Positions 9,348 to 19,311 of a stretch of DNA of 64,000 nt are shown piece by piece. A program made the position numbers and the translations under genes. Source of the DNA: a virus (lineage: Duplodnaviria; Heunggongvirae; Uroviricota; Caudoviricetes); the IMG/VR virus record IMGVR_UViG_3300010163_000013, positions 1-64,000 of that record. One strand, given 5' to 3'. The notes under the pieces were generated by a model. That model made no database searches and was not told where the DNA came from. It worked only from the letters and a program-made list of their open reading frames with translations. Position 1 is the stretch's first letter, and each line of letters opens with the position of its first letter.

Positions 9348-11552
9348 ATGAAAATTTCACAGAACATACTTAATTTAGGAAACGAGCAAAAAAGAGTTGT
9401 ATTTGTAAAAATGAACAAGGATGATGTTGCTCCTGAAAAACAAACGGTGACAGTTAATCAACTTCATCATATTCATATCATTGATCGTTCTGGTTCAATG
9501 TATAGTAATATTGATGAATTGATTGAAAATGTAAAGGAAACCATTAATACAATAGATGATAATGATTTCATTTCTGTTATATGGTTTTCAGGAGAGGGAG
9601 AGGTAGGAACTCTTGTTAAAGCTGCAAAAAAAGATGACTCAATAAAAATTTTGCTTGATACTATTAAATCAACTTTAGGTTGTACCTGTTTTTCAGAACC
9701 TTTACAAGAGGTAAAAAAAATAATTGAAGAAACAGCGTGTATTTGTAACAATTTTAATATCACATTATTTACAGACGGAAACCCTGTAACAAGTTGGTCA
9801 CAGGCAGAAGAAGAAACAAAAATCTTTGCTACATTAAATGAATATAAAGACAAAGTAATAGCTGTTAATACAATAGGTTATGGGTTCTATTATAACAAGG
9901 AGTTGTTGACTAACATTGCTAATACTACCGAATTCGGAGAATATATCCACTCTTCTCAAATTCAAGAATACAGCTCAATATTTTCTCATAACTATGAAAG
10001 AATTTCCGATTTATGTTTACAATCAACAGAAATTACAGCTAATGATTGTGATATTATTTATGTAAATTCCTCGTCAGCTAAGTTGTACAAAAACAATTTA
10101 AAAACAAGAATGGCTGAAAAAGGTAAAAATGAATACATTATTATTGGAAATACTACCGCTGATTTTGACTTTACTATTAATAATGAAACGTTTAATACAT
10201 CAACATTGTCAGAGTTGAAAAAAGGTAAGAATATTCTTAATGTAAATATTATTCAAAATATTAAGTATATTTTTGCATATATCAATTATTATAACGGTAA
10301 TCGTAAAATTGCTTTAGACGTTATAAATGAATTAAAAGATAAATATATTATTGATTTGTTGCTTAATTCATTTACTATTGATGAAGTCGCTAAGTGTACT
10401 AAAATCTTAAAGAAATGTGCTTTTAAACCTAAAAACAGATTTAAAAAGGGAGAATGTGTGGAAGGATATTTACCCAATCCGACAACATTTTGTACTCTTG
10501 ACTTGTTGAGATTGTTAGCTGAAAACAATGCTCAATACGTTTACACAAAAGAATATAAAAGAATTGGATTAAAGACTAAAGATACATTTAATTTATTTAA
10601 GTGGGATGATAAAATTCATACTACTAAAATGAGTGATTTAATTTTTAATGATAAAGAATTGAATGTATCTTTGAGAAGTAAAATCACTGGTACAGTAAGT
10701 TTAAACCCAAACAGAGCAACGTCTGTAGGTTTACCTGAAACAATTAAATCCTTTATATATCGTAATCAAACGATTATAAAGGATGGTCAGCTTAATATTA
10801 AAAACATTAAGGTTATTGTTGATAATGAAACATTAACAAAACTTAATGAACATAATGGGTTAGTGATATCAGAGGAATATTTTAATGACAATAAGCAAAT
10901 TGTTGGTCTTGATTTAACAGCAATCCCCGTTGTGAATCAAACTTATCTTTCTGATAATAAGTTATCAGCAGATTATATTTTAAATGCTGTTATGGAAAAT
11001 AATAAACTTACTATTAAGAATAAAATATTTAAATATTTTCTTTCTATGATTGAAGAAAAAGAATACTCCGAGCAATATTCAAAAGAACAAGTAGAAGTGT
11101 TAAAAGAACACGGCATTGATAATACAGGAATGTATAGTGGAGTAAAACTTGTAACAGCAGAAAAGAAAGAAGATGATTTTTATATAACAAGAAATTTGAT
11201 TTTTAACATTAAAGGTGATGTTTCATTGCCATCAGTAAATACGGTATTAAAACTTAAAAAAGAACCAACAAAAGGAATGAAAAAATATCTTTATGATGAA
11301 TACAACACTATTGCTAATACTATTTCTGAAATGTCTGTTGAAGAAAGAAAAGAGTTTTTAAAAACAGAAATGAAGAAAAACAACAAACAACTGTTAGATA
11401 ACAAATTTGATATCAACATTTCTAAGGTTGCAACAGTATTAACAGGAAATTGGTATTCTAATCTTACTTTAAATGATAAAAACGAATATGAATACAACAA
11501 TGGTAAAAATACACTTCTTGTTAAAACTGAAAAAGTAAAAAAATATTTTTAA
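9348..11552 (+). CDS. Large von Willebrand factor A (vWA) domain protein, 734 aa counted from the ATG.
   Basis: HIIDRSGSMYSNIDELIENVKE (a MIDAS DxSGS motif) lies near the N-terminus. The remaining roughly 500 aa have no recognisable motif. Confidence 0.6.
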   Translation: MKISQNILNLGNEQKRVVFVKMNKDDVAPEKQTVTVNQLHHIHIIDRSGSMYSNIDELIENVKETINTIDDNDFISVIWFSGEGEVGTLVKAAKKDDSIKILLDTIKSTLGCTCFSEPLQEVKKIIEETACICNNFNITLFTDGNPVTSWSQAEEETKIFATLNEYKDKVIAVNTIGYGFYYNKELLTNIANTTEFGEYIHSSQIQEYSSIFSHNYERISDLCLQSTEITANDCDIIYVNSSSAKLYKNNLKTRMAEKGKNEYIIIGNTTADFDFTINNETFNTSTLSELKKGKNILNVNIIQNIKYIFAYINYYNGNRKIALDVINELKDKYIIDLLLNSFTIDEVAKCTKILKKCAFKPKNRFKKGECVEGYLPNPTTFCTLDLLRLLAENNAQYVYTKEYKRIGLKTKDTFNLFKWDDKIHTTKMSDLIFNDKELNVSLRSKITGTVSLNPNRATSVGLPETIKSFIYRNQTIIKDGQLNIKNIKVIVDNETLTKLNEHNGLVISEEYFNDNKQIVGLDLTAIPVVNQTYLSDNKLSADYILNAVMENNKLTIKNKIFKYFLSMIEEKEYSEQYSKEQVEVLKEHGIDNTGMYSGVKLVTAEKKEDDFYITRNLIFNIKGDVSLPSVNTVLKLKKEPTKGMKKYLYDEYNTIANTISEMSVEERKEFLKTEMKKNNKQLLDNKFDINISKVATVLTGNWYSNLTLNDKNEYEYNNGKNTLLVKTEKVKKYF

Positions 11553-11626
11553 AAAATGTCTTTAAAAAATATAAAAAAAGGGCATATAAATGTCCTCTTT
11601 TTATATTTTAAAAATGAGGACATAAT
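11553..11626 (+). terminator. Possible hairpin terminator (ATGTCCTC...GAGGACAT).
   Basis: Inverted repeat with a long loop, in a T-rich context. Confidence 0.3.
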
Positions 11627-11665
11627 GTGTTTTTTTATAGAAAAATGGAGGGAATAAAGTCAATG

Positions 11666-12151
11666 AAAAGATTACTTAAAAAAACAAGTAAAATGTATAA
11701 ATTAAGTGATTATGATTTTGAAGATGATTATGATTTTATTTATCATATAGTAACAAATCATAACTTAATTAATACAGAAGACAGAATAATAAATGGAATT
11801 ATAGATTGGATTGAAGAAGAAAAAGATTTTTTTGAAAATACTATAAGAGATAAAGTATATACATTGAATAATGATGTATATTCTTTAAATGTTAGTAATT
11901 TATTAAAAGAAGCAAACGATTATATGTCACTTGGTTATTTTGAGAGCATTATAGATTCTAATATTAATTGTGCTATTGAAGAAATGAAAAAATATTATAA
12001 AGAATATAATTTTAAACAAACAATCTCAAATGATGAATTAAGAGATTTTATTGAGAATGTTATGGTAGATATGATGAATGATTTTTTTAACAGTATTGCT
12101 AAAACTTATGATTTTAGTGATTCTATAATAAAAAATGAAATTAGGTTATAA
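11666..12151 (+). CDS. Hypothetical protein, MKRL-leader family member 1.
   Basis: GGAGGG Shine-Dalgarno site, then ATG. The N-terminus is MKRLLKKTSKMYKLSDYDF. Confidence 0.55.
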   Translation, partial: KRLLKKTSKMYKLSDYDFEDDYDFIYHIVTNHNLINTEDRIINGIIDWIEEEKDFFENTIRDKVYTLNNDVYSLNVSNLLKEANDYMSLGYFESIIDSNINCAIEEMKKYYKEYNFKQTISNDELRDFIENVMVDMMNDFFNSIAKTYDFSDSIIKNEIRL

Positions 12152-12181
12152 AATTTTTAATTATAGAAGAGGGAAATAATA

Positions 12182-12740
12182 ATGAAAAGATTAGTTAAAA
12201 AATCAATGAAAAAAAACGGCTATGATTAAAGAAATGAGTATGGAAGATTTTTTATATATAATGAGAGAAAAAGACTTATATACATTATTAGAAATTGTAG
12301 AAAACTATGATGAGGAAATGAATGAATGGTTTAGTGGTAGAGGAAATTATGTATGTACTTATGAGAGTACTCATGGAGGATATTATAGTCAAAGTTTTGG
12401 TAATTGGCTGCCTGATGAAAGTGAATATGAATATTATTGTGATGTTGATAGTGACGATTCAAAAGATTTTATTGAATGTTTACTTGAAGAGGCTTTACCA
12501 CTAAAATCATCTATACAGGAATTACTTGACTTAATTAAAAATGATGAAATGAAAAAAGCGGAAACAAAATTTAATATTTCTGAACAAATTTTTGATATAA
12601 TTGATATTGAAGATTGTATGGATTTTAAAGCAGATACAATTATATCGGCTATTAATAATAGTTTAACCTCTCCAAACTCAATTAAAACTATGTTATCTTA
12701 TATAAAAGATTTTTGTGAAAGAGAAGCTAAAGATTTTTAA
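12182..12740 (+). CDS. MKRL-leader family member 2. The frame is broken at an A8 tract (12209-12216). The start MKRLVKKSMKK... is out of frame with the body, which is ORF 12222..12740.
   Basis: Shine-Dalgarno site AGAGGGAAATAATAATG at 12182. Removing one A fuses the two frames. Confidence 0.4.
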
Positions 12741-12751
12741 TATCATACAAA

Positions 12752-12782
12752 AAAGAACATTGAAAAAATGTTCTTTTTTTGT
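12752..12782 (+). terminator. Rho-independent terminator.
   Basis: AGAACATTgaaaaAATGTTCT followed by TTTTTTT. Confidence 0.75.
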
Positions 12783-12825
12783 TATAATAAATATGATTAA
12801 TGCTTAACATAAAGGATGGTTAAAA

Positions 12826-15009
12826 ATGATAATAAAAAAATTACATTTAAAAGGTTTTACTTCTTATATTGATTCTAAAATAGAATTTAATACTAACGAA
12901 CAATTTATATCAACTATTATTGCTCCTAATGGATATGGAAAAAGTTCAATATTAGAAGCCATTACTACAGCTTTATTTTACAGGGCTCGTGGAGTAGATA
13001 ATCGTGGCACTGGTATGGATGACTTAATTAATAAAAATTGTAATATGTTTGAAATTACTTTTGAGTTTATAATGAATAATGTTGAATATAAAATTATAAG
13101 ACGTAAAACAAGAAAAGGAAAACATGAGTTAGAATTTTTTATTGATAACATACCACAAACAGAAAAAATTAATGAAACACAAGAAAAGATTGATAATGTT
13201 ATTAAAATGGATTATGAAACATTTCTTGATACTATATGTATAAGCCAAGGTAAGTCTGGTAATTTTATGAATAAAAAACCTAACGAACGTAAAGATGTTT
13301 TTATAGAAATATTAAACTTAAATCAATATGAAAATTTAGAAAAATATACAAAAGAAATTAAAAAAGAATTAAGTTCGCAATTATCCGATTATAAAAATAA
13401 ATTAGATTTGTTATCACAAGATTTAAACAATGAAAATTTATATAAAGACAATTTATTTAATAATACAAATAAACATAATGCTATATTGATTAAATTAAAT
13501 AATTTAAAAGATGAATTTGAAAAAGTACAAAAAGAAAAATTTGAATATGAAGAATTATATAAGCAATCAAAACAATTAAGAGATAATGAACAGTATGTAC
13601 AACATAAATTAAATAATTATAATGATAAGATTAGTAATTTAAAAAATAAATTTACAAATACTAAAAACAAGATATTACAATTAAAAAAAGATTTAACGAA
13701 TAAACAAATAGAACTTGATTTGATAGTCATAGATGATATTGAAACTTTCAACAGAAAAAAGATTGAAAAAAATAATGAAATTGAAGATATTTTAAAACAA
13801 AAAGAACAACAAGATAAAATTAAATTAGAATATGAAAATAAAATACATTGGGGAGAAATAGAAAAAAATAAATTACAGCAACAATATAATAGATTAAATG
13901 ATTACAATGAAGGTATTTGTGAATTGTGTGGAAGTAATATAACAGTTGAACATAAACAACAAAATTTACAAATTATATTAAATAAAATAAATGATATTAA
14001 TCAAAACATACAAGATGTTAAAAACAGTAAAGAAATAATAGATACAAAGATACAAAAAATAAAAGAAAAATACAATATTAGTAAAAAGGATTTATTAGAT
14101 ATTGAAAGCAATATTAGTACAATTAATAAAAATATTAATCAAAAAGAAAAACTAACTTTAGCTATAGATAATATAAAAACTAATATTTTAAATTATAATG
14201 ATATATTAAAAGAGATAAAATCAAATAAAAAACAAATAGATGAAGAAAAAATAGTTATAGAAAAAGAATTACAAGCAATACAAAAAAAATTAAAATGTAT
14301 GCAGGTAGTGCAAGAAAAAACATTTAATGATGAAGATTTAAAAATTAAAATTATGGCATTAGAAAATGAAGAAAAAGAAATATTAGCTTCAAATGCTGTT
14401 TATAAAGAGCGATTAAATAATATTAAAATAAGTAAACAGAAATGTGATAAATTAAAAAAAGAAATAGATAAAATAGATTTAAAAATTCAAGATTATGATT
14501 CTTTAATAACGGCTTTCAGTAAAAAGGGTATACAGGCTGATATTATTGCAAATGTTTTACCAGATATAGAAAATGAAATAAATGAAATATTGAAAATATT
14601 ATTTAATAGTTCTATTAATATAGAATTTATTACACAAAAAGATAATAAAAAATTAACAAATACAATGGAAACATTAGACATTATAATACATGATAAAACT
14701 GATGATAGAACATATGAAACATATAGTGGTGGTGAAAAATTTAGGATAGATTTTGCTTGTCATATAGGATTATCTAAATTTTTATCAAAAAGAGCAAAGT
14801 CTAATATTGAGTTTTTTATGATTGATGAAGGATTAGGTTCACAAGATGATGAAGGTAAAGAAAACTTTATAATAACAGTTAATAAATTAAGCAGTATGTT
14901 TAAACAAATATTTATCATAACGCATATCGAAGAATTAAAAGATGTATTTGATAAAAAAATTGTTATAACTAAAGACCAAATAAAGGGTAGTCAAATAAAA
15001 GTTATATAA
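12826..15009 (+). CDS. sbcC: SbcC/Rad50-family ATPase with a coiled coil and a zinc hook.
   Basis: Walker A IAPNGYGKSSILEAI. About 450 aa of K/E/N-rich coiled coil with a central CELCGS (a CxxC zinc hook). Signature YSGGEKFRIDFACHIGLSKFL. Walker B and D-loop FFMIDEGLGSQD. H-loop IFIITHIEE. Confidence 0.8.
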   Translation: MIIKKLHLKGFTSYIDSKIEFNTNEQFISTIIAPNGYGKSSILEAITTALFYRARGVDNRGTGMDDLINKNCNMFEITFEFIMNNVEYKIIRRKTRKGKHELEFFIDNIPQTEKINETQEKIDNVIKMDYETFLDTICISQGKSGNFMNKKPNERKDVFIEILNLNQYENLEKYTKEIKKELSSQLSDYKNKLDLLSQDLNNENLYKDNLFNNTNKHNAILIKLNNLKDEFEKVQKEKFEYEELYKQSKQLRDNEQYVQHKLNNYNDKISNLKNKFTNTKNKILQLKKDLTNKQIELDLIVIDDIETFNRKKIEKNNEIEDILKQKEQQDKIKLEYENKIHWGEIEKNKLQQQYNRLNDYNEGICELCGSNITVEHKQQNLQIILNKINDINQNIQDVKNSKEIIDTKIQKIKEKYNISKKDLLDIESNISTINKNINQKEKLTLAIDNIKTNILNYNDILKEIKSNKKQIDEEKIVIEKELQAIQKKLKCMQVVQEKTFNDEDLKIKIMALENEEKEILASNAVYKERLNNIKISKQKCDKLKKEIDKIDLKIQDYDSLITAFSKKGIQADIIANVLPDIENEINEILKILFNSSINIEFITQKDNKKLTNTMETLDIIIHDKTDDRTYETYSGGEKFRIDFACHIGLSKFLSKRAKSNIEFFMIDEGLGSQDDEGKENFIITVNKLSSMFKQIFIITHIEELKDVFDKKIVITKDQIKGSQIKVI

Positions 15010-15021
15010 GGAGGATATAAT

Positions 15022-15270
15022 ATGCAGTATTTTCAATATCAAGGAGATATTTTAGATTATCAAGGAAATTATTGTATACCTAAATGGGCAATAGAACTTC
15101 ATAAAAAAGGGATATTATTTTGTGACGTAGAACAAGATCACCAAAATGGTTTACCCTACGATTTATATATTAAAAAAGAAGATAGAAATATTTTTATTCC
15201 TGTAGGGAATTATGTTGTACAAGATAAAGATGAAATATATACTTGTGAAAAAGTAGGTGTAGAAAATTGA
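15022..15270 (+). CDS. Hypothetical protein.
   Basis: Strong Shine-Dalgarno site AAGGAGG. Length 82 aa. Confidence 0.5.
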   Translation: MQYFQYQGDILDYQGNYCIPKWAIELHKKGILFCDVEQDHQNGLPYDLYIKKEDRNIFIPVGNYVVQDKDEIYTCEKVGVEN

Positions 15271-15293
15271 ATATAAATGAAATATTAGATAAT

Positions 15294-16230
15294 ATGCCAA
15301 AAAATAAAATTATAGGAGATAATTTTATAAGGGCATATTCTATAATAAATAATAAAAAATACAAAAATCCAATTTGTGCAATTTCGGGGGTGAGGATAGT
15401 GATTTAGTTTTAGATATTTGTTATAAGTGTGATAATGATAAAAAAATAAAATATGTTTATATAGATACTGGATTAGAGTATCAGGCTACAAAAAAACATA
15501 TAAAATACTTATGTAATAAATACAATATAAATATTGAAATTTATAAACCACAATATTCTATTCCTTTAATTTGCAAAATATATAGCGAACCATTTTTATC
15601 TAAATATGTTAGTGAAATGTTGCAACGCTTACAAAGACATAGTTTTCAATGGGAAAGTGAAGAATTTAATATTTTATATAAAAAACATTCTAATTGTAAG
15701 ATTGCGTTATAATGGTGGTATAATTGTAACAAAAGTAATATATTTAACATAGAAAGAAATAAATTTTTAAAAGAATTCATAATAAATAATCCTTCTAATT
15801 TTAAAATTTCTAATAAGTGTTGTAAATATACAAAAAAGATATTATGAAAAAAGTAATAAAAAACTAAATGGAGATTTAGAAATAACAGGGATTTGAAAAT
15901 CAGAAGGCGGTATTAGAACAATAGCTTATAAAAATTGTTTTGATAATAATGATAATTATAACAAATATAGACCTACATTTTGGTATAAAAATGAAGATAA
16001 ACAATGTTATGAAAATTTTTATAATATTTAACATAGTGACTGCTATAGTAAATATAAATTAAATAGAACTGATTGCGTTGGTTGCCTATTTGGTAAAAAC
16101 TTTGAATTTGAAATTAATGTTGTTAATCAATATGAACCTAAAATATATAAGGCAATAAATAATATTTTTAAAAATAGTTATCAATATACAAGAGAATATA
16201 AATTATTTTATAACAAAAGAAAGGAGAATT
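15294..16230 (+). pseudogene. PAPS-reductase/ATP-pyrophosphatase-family gene, heavily decayed.
   Basis: The segments MPKNKIIGDNF...NPICAISG / GGEDSDLVLDICYKCDNDKKIKYVYIDTGLEYQATKKHI / ...CCKYTKKIL / ...WYKNEDKQCYENF / ...DCVGCLFGKNFEF are all parts of one PAPS-reductase-like protein (SGGxDS, DTGxE). They are separated by a frameshift at the G5 run 15386-15390, a TAA at 15710, a frameshift near 15850, a TGA at 15893 and a TAA at 16029. Confidence 0.6.
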
Positions 16231-16231
16231 T

Positions 16232-17422
16232 ATGAAAATAGCTATTATTGATGCTGATTTGATATATCGAAAAAAGCATAGATTTCCTAATTTAGCTTGT
16301 ATGAAAATATCAGCATATTATAAAGAATTAAATAATAAAGTAGAATTAAAGTTAGATTATAATAATTTAGAACAATATGATAAGGTTTTTATTTCTAAAG
16401 TATTTACTGATACATACATAGATAAAACAATTTTATCTTTAGATAATGTTGAATATGGTGGTACTGGTTTTTGTTACGATAAAGCAAAGCCATTGAAATA
16501 TGAAATTGAACATCATATACCAGATTATAATTTATATAATGATTGGATTAATAAACAATTAAAAAATGGAGTAAAATCAAAAGAACTTAAATATTATACT
16601 GATTATAGTATAGGGTTTTTAACAAGAGGCTGTTTTAGACAATGCGAGTTTTGTGTAAATAAAAATTATAGACAAGCAGTAAAACATAGCAGCGTATATG
16701 AATTTATGGATAAGACAAGACCTAAATTATGTTTTCTTGATGATAACTTTTTAGCTTGTAAGGATTGGAAAAATATTATTAAAGAAGTAAAGGAAACAGG
16801 TAAAAGTTTTGAATTTAAACAAGGATTAGATGAACGATTACTAACAGATGAAACAATAAAAGAGGTGTTTTCTTGGAAATATGGTAAAGATTATATATTT
16901 GCATTTGATAATATTGCGGATAGAGAATTAATTGAAAGTAAATTAAAACGCATATTTGAAATATATCCTAATTTTAAAAAAAATTTAAAATTTTATGTAT
17001 TATGTGGATTTGATAGAAATAACAAATATGATGAAAATTTTTGGAAACAAGATATTATAGATACGTTTGAAAGAATATTTATATTAGCAAAATATTCAGC
17101 AGTACCTTATATAATGAGGTTTGAAAGATGTTATACAAGTAAATGGAGAGGTATATATATTAATTTTTCAAGTTGGTGTAATCAACCTAATTTTTTTAAA
17201 AAACTTTCATTTGCTACATTTAGTAAAATAAGAGGTATGAGCAACGAAAATTATAAAAAATATAAAGATAATTTTAATTTATATTTAAATGAAGTAGGTA
17301 ATAAAGGAGCAGCATGGCAATATTATGAAGAATTAATAAATACTTATCCTGAAATGAATAAATATACTAATATCATTCCTGATAGTGTTTTAGAATATGG
17401 CAATGGAGTAAAAATGAATTAA
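16232..17422 (+). CDS. Radical SAM protein with an N-terminal B12-binding-like domain (class-B-like architecture).
   Basis: GCFRQCEFC is a CxxxCxxC motif at about residue 130. The N-terminal MKIAIIDADL...FPNLACMKISAYYKEL resembles the B12-binding-domain N-termini of class B radical SAM enzymes. Shine-Dalgarno site AAAGGAG. Confidence 0.6.
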   Translation: MKIAIIDADLIYRKKHRFPNLACMKISAYYKELNNKVELKLDYNNLEQYDKVFISKVFTDTYIDKTILSLDNVEYGGTGFCYDKAKPLKYEIEHHIPDYNLYNDWINKQLKNGVKSKELKYYTDYSIGFLTRGCFRQCEFCVNKNYRQAVKHSSVYEFMDKTRPKLCFLDDNFLACKDWKNIIKEVKETGKSFEFKQGLDERLLTDETIKEVFSWKYGKDYIFAFDNIADRELIESKLKRIFEIYPNFKKNLKFYVLCGFDRNNKYDENFWKQDIIDTFERIFILAKYSAVPYIMRFERCYTSKWRGIYINFSSWCNQPNFFKKLSFATFSKIRGMSNENYKKYKDNFNLYLNEVGNKGAAWQYYEELINTYPEMNKYTNIIPDSVLEYGNGVKMN

Positions 17423-17567
17423 TAACTATAAAACTAAAATATAAATTAAATAAATAAAAGTTTTGTTAAAAATTAATTATAAAAAATAATATATTTTGTA
17501 TATATAATAATGTAATGTTTATATAAACATTATATTAAATTATAAGTTAAGAAAAGAGGTTAATAAA

Positions 17568-17849
17568 ATGACAAAGGCAGAATTTATTAGTTTAGTAGCG
17601 GAAAAGATGGAGTTAAAGAAGACAGAAGCAGAGAAAGCAATTAAGGCAGTTTTTGATTCTATTGAAGAGGTATTGTTATCAAAAGATGAATATAATCAAA
17701 CAGGATTAGGTACCTTTAAAGTTGAATTAAAAAAAGCTTATAAGGCAAGAAATCCAAGAACAGGTGAAACAATTAATGTACCAGAACAATATAAACCTAA
17801 ATTTGTATTTAGTTCAGGATTGAAAAAAAAATTAAAAGAAATTAAATAG
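17568..17849 (+). CDS. HU/IHF-family histone-like DNA-binding protein, copy 1.
   Basis: MTKAEFISLVAEKMELKKTEAEKAIKAVFDSIEEVL...GTFKV...ARNPRTGETINVPEQYKPKFVFSSGLKKKL. Confidence 0.85.
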   Translation: MTKAEFISLVAEKMELKKTEAEKAIKAVFDSIEEVLLSKDEYNQTGLGTFKVELKKAYKARNPRTGETINVPEQYKPKFVFSSGLKKKLKEIK

Positions 17850-17859
17850 TATTTATATA

Positions 17860-17900
17860 AAATGAAACTTCTGATATAAAAATTCAGAAGTTTCATTTAG
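17860..17900 (+). terminator. Rho-independent terminator.
   Basis: AAATGAAACTTCTGA...TCAGAAGTTTCATTT. Confidence 0.8.
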
Positions 17901-17919
17901 TAAATTATTAAAATAAGTA

Positions 17920-17948
17920 TTGTATTAATTGTTAATATATGATATAAT
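17920..17948 (+). promoter_or_regulatory. Sigma-70-type promoter.
   Basis: TTGTAT, a 17-bp spacer, TATAAT. Confidence 0.5.
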
Positions 17949-17980
17949 ATTATTATATTTTAAATAGAAAGGAAAATATT

Positions 17981-18787
17981 ATGGAAAAAATTAAATCTAT
18001 TATTAAAAAACCTATTGTTAAAATATTAATACTTATTATTCTTATTCTTGTGTTTGTTTTTTTAATTTGGTCAAGTATAGTTGTTGTTGACGGTGGTAAA
18101 ACTGGTGTTGTAAAGAAAATGGGAGCAATAAAAGAAGAACCGCTAAGAGAAGGTGTTCATTTAGTTACACCATTTGTAACAGATGTTATTGAAATCAATA
18201 ATAAGATATTAAGAACTGATGTTGAAGGTGAAGCAGCTTCAAAAGATTTACAAACCATTAAATCTATGGTATCAGTTAATTATCAAATTTCACCTGATAA
18301 ATCAGTTTTTATTTATAAAACTATTGGTGAAAATGTAGAAAATATAATTATAAGACCTGCAATACAAGAATGTGTAAAAGCTGTTGTTGCGAATTACACA
18401 GCGGAAGAATGTATAACTACAAGACAAACAATTAGTAACAAAATGAAAGAAGAATTAAACAGTAAAATTTCTAATTATGGTATAAACATAATGGAATTTA
18501 ATATTTTAAATTTTAATTTTAGTGAGGAATATAATAAAGCTATAGAGGCAAAACAAACCGCTCAACAAAATGCTTTAAAAGCACAACAAGATTTTGAAAG
18601 AATTAAAATTGAAAATGAACAAAAAATATCCCAAGCACAAGCAGAAGCAACAGCTAATCAATTAAAAAATCAACAACTTACAGATAATATTTTAAAAGAT
18701 AAATTTATTAATAAATGGAATGGCGAAATGCCTAAAGTAATTAGTTCTGATAGTAATATCTTAGATGTTTCTAATTTAGTTAATTAA
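17981..18787 (+). CDS. SPFH/Band-7/prohibitin-domain membrane protein.
   Basis: An N-terminal TM helix (ILILIILILVFVFLIW) followed by VVVDGGKTGVVKKMGAIKEEPLREGVHLVTPFVTDVIEINNKILRTDVE. The C-terminus is a Q/A-rich coiled coil. Confidence 0.7.
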   Translation: MEKIKSIIKKPIVKILILIILILVFVFLIWSSIVVVDGGKTGVVKKMGAIKEEPLREGVHLVTPFVTDVIEINNKILRTDVEGEAASKDLQTIKSMVSVNYQISPDKSVFIYKTIGENVENIIIRPAIQECVKAVVANYTAEECITTRQTISNKMKEELNSKISNYGINIMEFNILNFNFSEEYNKAIEAKQTAQQNALKAQQDFERIKIENEQKISQAQAEATANQLKNQQLTDNILKDKFINKWNGEMPKVISSDSNILDVSNLVN

Positions 18788-18850
18788 ATTTATTGAAATA
18801 TGTAGGTTTATAAATCACAAAATAATGTTAAAGAAATAAATATAATTAAC

Positions 18851-18879
18851 TTGACTTTTTCTATTTTTCATTGTATAAT
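18851..18879 (+). promoter_or_regulatory. Sigma-70-type promoter.
   Basis: TTGACT, a 17-bp spacer, TATAAT. Confidence 0.5.
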
Positions 18880-18906
18880 AATAAAAAAAACAGAAAGGAA
18901 GATTAT

Positions 18907-19152
18907 ATGAGAATGATTGGACAATGTGCTTTTCCTGATCCAGATGATAGGTCAAAAAATGATCCTTGTGTTGTTGTAAATAATGAAAGAGTTTTAAGAA
19001 TTTACAATCAAACACATCCTGATGAAGAAAATGTAACAAAAGTTACTGATAAAGTACAAGATTGGTTTAAGAATAAGGCTGAAACTGTTGGTTGGGACGA
19101 AATAAAATTTATTGGTGGTCAGTGTATTTTAGAAAATCATTTTAAAAAATAA
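18907..19152 (+). CDS. Hypothetical protein.
   Basis: Shine-Dalgarno site GAAAGGAAG. The track start at 18871 is an upstream extension. Confidence 0.45.
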   Translation: MRMIGQCAFPDPDDRSKNDPCVVVNNERVLRIYNQTHPDEENVTKVTDKVQDWFKNKAETVGWDEIKFIGGQCILENHFKK

Positions 19153-19167
19153 TTACATAATCACATT

Positions 19168-19220
19168 TAAAAGGTTATTGCATTAACAAAATTTGTTTAA
19201 GTGATAACCTTTTTTATTTT
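19168..19220 (+). terminator. Hairpin terminator.
   Basis: AAAGGTTAT...ATAACCTTT followed by TTTATTTT. Confidence 0.55.
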
Positions 19221-19311
19221 ATAAATTTATATTGAGTATTATAATAAGTTAAATATAACAAATTAAATATAATAATGAGAAAAAGTTATAGGTAAAAGGA
19301 GGGGAAGTAGT

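Noticed and set aside
12322-12504. Alternative-frame 60-aa ORF inside 12222..12740.
   Set aside because: It has no ribosome-binding site. It is embedded in a gene with a clear start and a coherent acidic composition.
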